Assembly (NCBI GenBank): GCA_035249605.1
Contig: DATFGI010000065.1
Location: forward strand, 7,208-71,207
Length of the DNA: 64,000 bases
Source of the DNA: Acidimicrobiia bacterium
GTDB taxonomy: Bacteria > Actinomycetota > Acidimicrobiia > Spongiisociales > ZC4RG35
Direction of reading: 5' to 3'
Below, in pieces: positions 57,579-64,000 of this stretch. The position numbers were made by a program, and so were the translations under genes. The notes below the pieces were generated by a model that saw only the letters and a list, made by a program, of their open reading frames with translations, ran no database searches and had not been told where the DNA came from. Position 1 is the first letter of the stretch. The number at the start of each line of letters is the position of its first letter.

Positions 57579-58943
57579 GTGAAGTTCAGCGGTGAGATCA
57601 AGTTCCCCGAGATCGACCACCCCGGGGTCCCGGTTCAGTTCGTGATCGAAGGCCTTCAGGTCGAATTGATCGTCGGAGGTGAATCGTTGGGCCGGTGGTC
57701 GCTGTACGACGTCCATGCCCGTCGTCTCGTGGCGAGCGCATTCCAGATCGACCTGGGCGGCACCGAGGTCACGTTCGTCGCCGACGACCCCATCGATTTC
57801 GCCTATCGCGGTGTCGAGCACATGGCCGAGACCTGGGCGTCGATCAAGTCGAAGCAACTGGGCAGACGAGCGATGGCGGTGCGCAAGTCGAGAAAGGGTG
57901 CCATCCCCTCCCGGATCGGGGAGCTGAGAGAGGCGATGGAGGTGAACCTCGAAGCCCAGTCCCGCCCCTTGGCCGGGGAACCGGTGATGCCAATGGGGGA
58001 AAGCGAGCCAGACGCCGCCGCCGAGCCGGTTGCGGTTGACTGGGACGCCCGAGATCCCGACGCCGCGATTCCCGTGGTAGGTGGGCCCACCGAGGATTCG
58101 GCCCAGTCACCGGACGAGGCGATCGCGGTGGCCGCCGAGGTCGAGGCACGTCTAGCCGAAGAGATGAGGAAGCTCGACGAGGAGCGGCAGCGAATCGCCG
58201 AGGAGAGGGCCCGTCTCGAGGCCGAGAGGCTGGAGGCGGAACAGCGCGAGGACCTCCGCATCGAGGCCTATCGACTGGAGATGCAGCGGCTCGAGGTCGA
58301 GCGGGAGGAGCTTCGCCTGCAGGCGACGCTGAGCGCACAGGCGGCCGACGAGGTCGTCGCGACCCATGGCGGGCGGGCGGAGGAGATACCGGCGGACGCT
58401 TCCGACATAGCCGAGGAGCCCGCCGAGACGGCGCTCGGTCACGTGGAGGAGCTTCCCTTGCCCGAGGCAGAGCCAGCCGCGGAGCCCGAGCCGGTAGCGG
58501 CCGCGTTGGAGCCGGTCGAGATCGAGGACCTGCCGGGGCCGGTAGAGGCTGAGGCGGGGGTCGCAATGGAGCCGGAGGAGCCCGGGCCTGAGCTGGCCGA
58601 GCCCGAGCCGGAGCCGGTGGAGCCCGAGCCTGAGCTGGCCGAGCCCGAGCCTGAGCTGGAGCCCGTGGAGGGAGGAGGCTCTGTGCTGGACCTCAGCGAC
58701 CTGGAGGAGGAACTGGGCGCCGAACCAGAAGATTCGACGTCACCGGCCCCCCAGCCCCAAGCGGCCATGGCCGGCACCGCCCCGGTCAGGGAACGTGGCG
58801 GTCTCAGGGGAGCGGTCCGGGCGGCGTTCACCCGTGGTGGTCGGGAGCACGAGCATCAGTTCATCGAGGCCCCCGGCGGAATCGGCATCATCCGCTACGT
58901 CTGCGAGATCTGCGGCTACGTCTCGATCTCGGTCGACGACTGA
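57579..58943 (+). CDS. Hypothetical protein: N-terminal globular domain, charged coiled coil, acidic E/P-rich repeats, C-terminal HxH...CxxC tail
   Basis: 454 aa, GTG start. EEMRKLDEERQRIAEERARLEAERLEAEQRE; EPEPEPVEPEPELAEPEPELEP; EHEHQFIEAPGGIGIIRYVCEICGYVSI. No family recognised. Confidence 0.5.
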   Translation: MKFSGEIKFPEIDHPGVPVQFVIEGLQVELIVGGESLGRWSLYDVHARRLVASAFQIDLGGTEVTFVADDPIDFAYRGVEHMAETWASIKSKQLGRRAMAVRKSRKGAIPSRIGELREAMEVNLEAQSRPLAGEPVMPMGESEPDAAAEPVAVDWDARDPDAAIPVVGGPTEDSAQSPDEAIAVAAEVEARLAEEMRKLDEERQRIAEERARLEAERLEAEQREDLRIEAYRLEMQRLEVEREELRLQATLSAQAADEVVATHGGRAEEIPADASDIAEEPAETALGHVEELPLPEAEPAAEPEPVAAALEPVEIEDLPGPVEAEAGVAMEPEEPGPELAEPEPEPVEPEPELAEPEPELEPVEGGGSVLDLSDLEEELGAEPEDSTSPAPQPQAAMAGTAPVRERGGLRGAVRAAFTRGGREHEHQFIEAPGGIGIIRYVCEICGYVSISVDD

Positions 58944-59716
58944 ACGCGCCGTGCAGTGCGTTCGCCGGCGGTGGCGGGCTCGAAGCTGAAGAATCGGACC
59001 GCCACCACCAGGCCGACGATCCCCCAGATCAGAACTGAGGAGACCGCCCGCCCTGGAAAGCCCGCTGCAACGGTTGGGTTGAATGTGTCGATTGCGGCCG
59101 TGGCCAACGGCTCCAGCGGGAGTAGCGAGGCAACGGTGCGGAGCCAGTCAGCAGCCCCCTCCAGCGGGAAGAACACACCGGAGATGAACGCCAGGGGGAG
59201 GACGACGAAGTTGGCCACCGCCGGGGCGGCGCGTGACGTCGGGGTGATGGCGGCGACCGCCAGGCCCAGGGCGGAGAAGGTGGCCGCCCCGAGGATGAGG
59301 AGCAGTGCGAAGGTGCCCATCCGGGGCCACGGGATCACCACATCGAACAACCCCCAGCCCACCACCAGCATCAGCGCGACCGAGATCAACCCGACGAATA
59401 CCGCGGAGACGATCCGGCCGCCGAGATGGACGGTCATCGGCAACGGCGTGCCCGCCACCCGCTTGAGGATCCCCTCGTCGCGAGCCATGGAGGTGTTGAT
59501 GGCGAGATTGGTGAATGTCGCGCTGACCATCCCGAACACCGCCAACGCCGGCGTCACGTACTGAGTCGCTCCTGGCTCCTCGTCCCCGAGGAAGAAGCTG
59601 ATCATCACCAGGAACATGACGGGGAGCACGAGTGTGAAGAAGGCGGCGACCGCTGTTCGGAAGAAGATCTTGGTCTGGAGTCGTGCTTCGGGGAGAAGCA
59701 GGCCCCACCTACTCAT
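58916..59716 (-). CDS. ABC-2-type transporter permease
   Basis: 266 aa, six TM segments. 8-nt overlap with the upstream ATPase gene. Confidence 0.75.
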   Translation of the reverse strand: MSRWGLLLPEARLQTKIFFRTAVAAFFTLVLPVMFLVMISFFLGDEEPGATQYVTPALAVFGMVSATFTNLAINTSMARDEGILKRVAGTPLPMTVHLGGRIVSAVFVGLISVALMLVVGWGLFDVVIPWPRMGTFALLLILGAATFSALGLAVAAITPTSRAAPAVANFVVLPLAFISGVFFPLEGAADWLRTVASLLPLEPLATAAIDTFNPTVAAGFPGRAVSSVLIWGIVGLVVAVRFFSFEPATAGERTARRVQSSTEIET

Positions 59717-60596
59717 CCCGGCCGCCTACCAGCCGGAGATACGCCTCCTCGAGGGTCGGTCGCGTCAACTCCAGGCCTTCGATGGCGATGCCGAGTCGGA
59801 GCGCATCGCCGGTGATCCGGTTGATCATTGGTACCGGGTCGTCCGTCTCGATCACGACCGCGCCGCCGTTGGCACCGACTCCCAGATCGTTCGCGCGCGC
59901 CGGATCGACCTTGAACCTGATGGTCGTCGATCCGGTGCTTCGATCCCCGAGGTCGTCCGGTGGCCCGCTGGCCACGATCGAGCCGCGAGACATGACGATC
60001 ACACGATCGGCGAGCGCCTGAGCCTCCTCCAGGTAGTGAGTGGTGAGGACCACCGTCGTCCCCGCCCCAGCGAGGGCCCGGATCGCCTCCCATGAGCGGC
60101 GGCGTGCGGCCGGGTCGAAGCCGGTGGTCGGCTCGTCCAAGAAGAGCAGCTCAGGGTTGCCCACCATGGCCAGCGCCAGGTCGAGACGGCGGCGCTGTCC
60201 CCCGGACAGGGTCTTGATCCGGTCGTCCCTCTTCTCGCCCAGGTCGACCATTTCGATGGCCTCTTCGACTCCCATCGGCGACGAATAAGCCCTGGCCTGG
60301 GTGACGATCGCCTCGGAAACGGTGAGCTCGTCCTCGATGCCGCTGTGTTGGAGGACGATGCCGATCCGATCGAGCCAGTCCCCCTCACGGCGCGACGGGT
60401 CTCTACCCAGGACTTCGATGTGGCCGCGGTCGGGACGGCGGTATCCCTCGATCATCTCCACGGTCGTTGTCTTGCCCGCGCCATTTGGGCCGAGCACGGC
60501 GACCACCTCACCGGTCTCGATCTCGAAGTCGATTCCATCGACCGCGGTGACGTGGCCATAGACCTTGGTCAGGCCCTCCACCCGAACCGCAGACAT
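59709..60596 (-). CDS. ABC transporter ATP-binding protein (DrrA-like exporter ATPase)
   Basis: GPNGAGKTTT, LSGGQRRRLDLA, LLFLDEPTTGFD. Confidence 0.9.
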   Translation of the reverse strand: MSAVRVEGLTKVYGHVTAVDGIDFEIETGEVVAVLGPNGAGKTTTVEMIEGYRRPDRGHIEVLGRDPSRREGDWLDRIGIVLQHSGIEDELTVSEAIVTQARAYSSPMGVEEAIEMVDLGEKRDDRIKTLSGGQRRRLDLALAMVGNPELLFLDEPTTGFDPAARRRSWEAIRALAGAGTTVVLTTHYLEEAQALADRVIVMSRGSIVASGPPDDLGDRSTGSTTIRFKVDPARANDLGVGANGGAVVIETDDPVPMINRITGDALRLGIAIEGLELTRPTLEEAYLRLVGGRDE

Positions 60597-60678
60597 CCCG
60601 GTTCAGCCTCCTCGGGGGTTATGGGGCGGGATAACGTAGCACGGCCGATCCCCGCTCTTCCGCCGGTAGCCTCGACGT

Positions 60679-61713
60679 GTGACGCTGATCAGACCTGTCA
60701 TCCTCTCCGGGGGCTCGGGAACCCGTCTCTGGCCGATGTCCACCGCCGAGACGCCGAAGCAGTTTGCTGCACTCATCGGAGAGCGGTCGCTGTTCGCACT
60801 CACACTCGAGCGGCTGGTGGGGATGGAGGGGTTGGGTGCGGCCGTCATCGTGACCGGGAAGTCTCATCTCGACCTGGTGGCGGGAGAAATCGCCGCCTCG
60901 GCGGCCGAGACGGGGTGTGTGATCGTCGAGCCCGTGGGTCGCAACACCGCTCCCGCGGCGATCGCGGCTGCTCTCGCCTCCGGACACGACGATGTCCTCG
61001 TCATCCTCCCATCGGATCACCTCGTCGCAGACGAGGCCGGCTTCAGGGAGGCGGTGCACCGGGCTGCGGACCATGCCCTCACCGGCTCCATCGTCACGTT
61101 CGGGGTCCTCCCTTCCCGGCCCGAGCCCGGGTATGGCTACCTGGAACTCGGGGAGCCCAGGGGTGACGCTCGTGTTCTCGCCGGTTTCGTCGAGAAGCCG
61201 TCCCCGTCGATCGCGGTCCAGCTGGCGAGCGACGGGAGGCACCTGTGGAACTCGGGTGTCTTCGTGGTCCGGGCCGAGATTCTCCTCGCCGAGGCGGCCG
61301 AGCACTGCCCCGAGGTGATCACAGCGGTGCGTGCCGCCATGCCGGAGGAGATCGGGGAGACCACCAGGCTCGGCACCGAGTTCGCCTCCTCGCCGTCGAT
61401 CTCATTCGACCACGCCATCATGGAGAAGACAGCCCGGGGCATCGTGCTCCCGGTCGATCTGGGATGGAGCGATGTCGGGTCATACCGCTCTCTCCTCGAG
61501 TCGCTGCCTCGCGACGAGGACGGCAACCACGTCTCGGGTGATGTGGCCCTTTCCGGGGTCACCGGGTCATACGTTATGGCCGCGTCACGCCGGGTCGTGG
61601 TGGCTGGTGTCGACAACCTGGTGGTGGTGGAGACCCCCGACGTCGTCTTGGTGATCCCGGTGGATCGTGCCCAGGAGGTGCGGGACCTACCCCATCGAGC
61701 CGAATCCCCTTGA
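60679..61713 (+). CDS. manC: Mannose-1-phosphate guanylyltransferase
   Basis: RPVILSGGSGTRLWPMS...PKQF and EKP. GTG start. Confidence 0.85.
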   Translation: MTLIRPVILSGGSGTRLWPMSTAETPKQFAALIGERSLFALTLERLVGMEGLGAAVIVTGKSHLDLVAGEIAASAAETGCVIVEPVGRNTAPAAIAAALASGHDDVLVILPSDHLVADEAGFREAVHRAADHALTGSIVTFGVLPSRPEPGYGYLELGEPRGDARVLAGFVEKPSPSIAVQLASDGRHLWNSGVFVVRAEILLAEAAEHCPEVITAVRAAMPEEIGETTRLGTEFASSPSISFDHAIMEKTARGIVLPVDLGWSDVGSYRSLLESLPRDEDGNHVSGDVALSGVTGSYVMAASRRVVVAGVDNLVVVETPDVVLVIPVDRAQEVRDLPHRAESP

Positions 61714-62027
61714 GATCCGCGGCAGCGGCAACAGGATTGGTGATTCTCATGCTCACCGCGGCATGCTCTGTGGGCAGGCCGCCAGGAGATGCCACCGGCG
61801 AGGAGATCTACGCCCGGCTCTGTGCCAACTGTCATGGCTCGGATCTGAGCGGCGGCATCGGGCCCGCCCTGGGACCGGGCTCCTCGTCGGTCTCGGAGCC
61901 CGACGAGTTCATCGTGTTCACCGTGGTCAACGGCAGAGGGCGGATGCCCTCGTTCGAATCCACTCTCGACGAATCACAGGTCGACCGGTTGGTCGATTAC
62001 ATCCGCGAGGTGCAGGATGGCGGTTGA
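61710..62027 (+). CDS. Class I c-type cytochrome, lipoprotein
   Basis: Lipobox MLTAAC, heme site CANCH, distal Met in GRGRMPSF. TTG start overlapping the manC stop (TTGA). Confidence 0.8.
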   Translation: MRSAAAATGLVILMLTAACSVGRPPGDATGEEIYARLCANCHGSDLSGGIGPALGPGSSSVSEPDEFIVFTVVNGRGRMPSFESTLDESQVDRLVDYIREVQDGG

Positions 62028-62979
62028 GGCTCTCGAGGCACTGGAGTTGCATCCGGTGCGGATCCCGATGCGACAGCGGTTCCGACGGGTCGATCACCGC
62101 GAGGCCGTCTTGTTACGCGGGCCCAGTGGGTGGGGCGAGTTCTCGCCGTTCCCCGACTATCCCCCCGAGGTGACGACCCGATGGCTGGCCGCCGCGCTGG
62201 AATTGGCTTGTGGCGACATCCCCGCACCGGTTAGAGACCTGATCCCGGTAAACGTGACCGTCCCCGCCGTCGACCCGGAAACGGCGGCGGCACTCGTCCT
62301 CGAGTCAGGGGCGAGCACCGCGAAGGTCAAGATCGGCGATCCCGGTCATGGTGAGGAAGAGGATCTGGACCGGGTGCGGGCGGTGCGGGAGGCTTTGGGC
62401 CCGGAGGGGAGCGTCAGGGTCGATGTCAACGCAGCCTGGGATGTCGACACGGCCGTCTCCAGATTGGAACGTCTCGCCGAATTGGACCTCCAGTACGCAG
62501 AACAGCCGGTGGCGACCCTCGCCGAGATGAAGGCGCTCAGGAAGCTGGTCTCGGTGCCCCTGGCGGCAGATGAGCTGGTTCGGCAGAGCCCCCACCCCCT
62601 GCGGGTCATCGATGAAGGGGCGGCCGACGTCCTCATTCTCAAGGTACAGCCGATGGGTGGCGTGGCCCGTGTCCTCGACCTGGCCACCCGGTCGACGATC
62701 CCTGTCGTCATCTCCTCGGCATTGGAGACGTCGGTGGGGATGTACGGCGGGCTGCTTGCCGCATCGCTGCTCCCTGACCTCCGGTACGCATGCGGGCTGG
62801 GCACGGTCGCCCTCATCGAGGGGGACCCGACCCGTGAGCCGTTGGTGCCGCGGGACGGGTACCTGGAGGTGCGCCGTCCCGAGCCCGACCCCGAGCTGCT
62901 CAGACGCTGGCGCCCGGATCGCCAGCGCGGCGCCGAGATGCTGCGCCGTCTTCGTGCCGCCGCCGAGGTGTTGACATGA
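62017..62979 (+). CDS. menC: o-Succinylbenzoate synthase
   Basis: 320 aa, actinobacterial-type MenC. IPMRQRFRRVDHREAVLLRGPSGWGEFSPF, KVKIG, VRVDVNAAW, YAEQP. Confidence 0.85.
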   Translation: MAVEALEALELHPVRIPMRQRFRRVDHREAVLLRGPSGWGEFSPFPDYPPEVTTRWLAAALELACGDIPAPVRDLIPVNVTVPAVDPETAAALVLESGASTAKVKIGDPGHGEEEDLDRVRAVREALGPEGSVRVDVNAAWDVDTAVSRLERLAELDLQYAEQPVATLAEMKALRKLVSVPLAADELVRQSPHPLRVIDEGAADVLILKVQPMGGVARVLDLATRSTIPVVISSALETSVGMYGGLLAASLLPDLRYACGLGTVALIEGDPTREPLVPRDGYLEVRRPEPDPELLRRWRPDRQRGAEMLRRLRAAAEVLT

Positions 62980-64000
62980 CCCATCCCAACTCGAGTACCG
63001 CCCTCGCCCGGGTGGTGATGGACGAGTTGGCCCGGCAAGGTGTCAGCCTGGTCGTGCTCTCGCCAGGCTCGCGCTCGGCGGCCCTGGCTCTGGCCGCTGA
63101 CGAGCACCCCGACCTGACGACCCGAGTGGTAATCGACGAGAGGTCGGCTGCATTTCACGCCCTGGGCGCGGCCCGGGTCTCGGGGGCGCCGGCTGCGGTC
63201 CTCTCCACGTCGGGGAGCGCCCCGGCCAATTTCTACCCGGCGGTGGTCGAGGCCGACATGGCGTGTGTTCCTCTCCTGGCGATCTCGGCCGATCGCCCGG
63301 CCGAGATGCGCGGGGTGGGGGCGAACCAGACCATCGATCAGGTCGACCTCTTCGGCAGCCGGGTGCGCCGCTTCGCCGAGATCGCTGCTCCCGAGCCGGA
63401 AGAGGATGGGAATCGGCTCTGGCGTTCGATGGTGGCCGATCTGGTGGCTGCCGCCACCAGATACCGACCCGGCCCGGTGCATCTCAACATCGCATTCCGC
63501 GAGCCCACGGTGCCGGTGACGCACGACGGGCGGACCAGAGGCGAGGTCTACTCGTTTCCCACCCCACCGTTGGACCTCGAGCCGATGCCGAACGAAGAGG
63601 CCTCCCCCAACCCGGTGCCGGTCAATCTCGCTGCCGGGAAGGGCATCGTCATCGCCGGAGACGGGGAGTACGACCGGGTCGGTCTCATGGCGAGGGCGGT
63701 GGAATTGGGTTGGCCGGTGCTCGCAACGGCCCTTTCCGGAATGCGGGGGACCGGTGCCCTCGACGCCTATGACCACGTGATCGCCGCGGGCCTGCCTGCG
63801 GATTTGGTTCCGACGACGGTGGTAGCCGTCGGGGCGACCGGGCCGAGCACGATGCTCGAGGATCTGGTCGCTTCGGCGGTCAACCGGATCCGGGTGGATC
63901 GGTGGGGGAGGTCGATCGACCCACGACGCAATGCGACCGTGCGTTATCACGGGGACCCGGTGGCATTGCTCGATGGTGTGGGCGGGGCTGCGGACGAGAG
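62976..64000 (+). CDS. menD: SEPHCHC synthase MenD, N-terminal part (3' end outside window; absent from the ORF track)
   Basis: My own translation from ATG 62976 (ATGA overlap with menC) gives MTHPNSSTALARVVMDEL...SPGSRSAALALA...DERSAAFHALGAA...STSGSAPANFYPAVVEA...ISADRPAEMRGVGANQTIDQ. The frame stays open to the window end. Confidence 0.85.
   Translation, partial: MTHPNSSTALARVVMDELARQGVSLVVLSPGSRSAALALAADEHPDLTTRVVIDERSAAFHALGAARVSGAPAAVLSTSGSAPANFYPAVVEADMACVPLLAISADRPAEMRGVGANQTIDQVDLFGSRVRRFAEIAAPEPEEDGNRLWRSMVADLVAAATRYRPGPVHLNIAFREPTVPVTHDGRTRGEVYSFPTPPLDLEPMPNEEASPNPVPVNLAAGKGIVIAGDGEYDRVGLMARAVELGWPVLATALSGMRGTGALDAYDHVIAAGLPADLVPTTVVAVGATGPSTMLEDLVASAVNRIRVDRWGRSIDPRRNATVRYHGDPVALLDGVGGAADE

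Noticed and set aside
62346-63950. 534-aa minus-strand ORF at the 3' end of the window
   Set aside because: It is antisense to menC and to menD. menD is absent from the track only because it lacks an in-window stop. The minus-strand product has no recognisable motifs.

Overview
This is a gene-dense, very high-GC chromosomal segment. By my reading it holds about 58 protein-coding genes, with no rRNA, tRNA, CRISPR array, transposase or integrase. Gene content and style suggest Actinomycetota, possibly Acidimicrobiia-like; that placement is inference only. The style includes pervasive ATGA/GTGA/TTGA start-stop overlaps, GTG/TTG starts and GC-rich hairpins without U-tracts.

Housekeeping genes:
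- gatA (3' end)-gatB, pyk, gpsA, ychF, gcvP
- manC-cytochrome c-menC-menD; menD runs off the 3' edge and is missing from the ORF track
- sbcD-sbcC

The more accessory stretch (about 3.7-31 kb) contains:
- VanW, a Cas4-like nuclease and a GH13 enzyme
- an ArsR-type metal-sensor locus
- FAH and a C26 hydrolase
- two tandem BNR-propeller paralogs
- P450, DUF1801, a DDN-like protein and MarR
- an ArsR-SRPBCC operon
- a decarboxylase / GS-like / ADC-like / ALDH / LigB catabolic cluster
- a coupled pair of dynamin-like GTPases
- a class III cyclase, MscS and a lipid kinase

Most interesting observations:
1. An unannotated 19-codon, six-cysteine micro-ORF with a strong SD and its own hairpin. It is divergent from a thiolate-type ArsR/SmtB repressor across an AT-rich spacer with two inverted repeats.
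2. An archaeal-order herA-(histidine kinase)-sbcD-sbcC-nurA-like end-processing locus.
3. The translationally coupled GTPase pair.
4. Tandem 574-aa paralogs with patches of near-identical DNA.
5. Dispersed or tandem palindromic repeat elements.

All functional calls come from motif and family recognition by eye. No BLAST, HMM or folding was run. Many long ORFs in the supplied track are high-GC shadow frames, and I did not call them.
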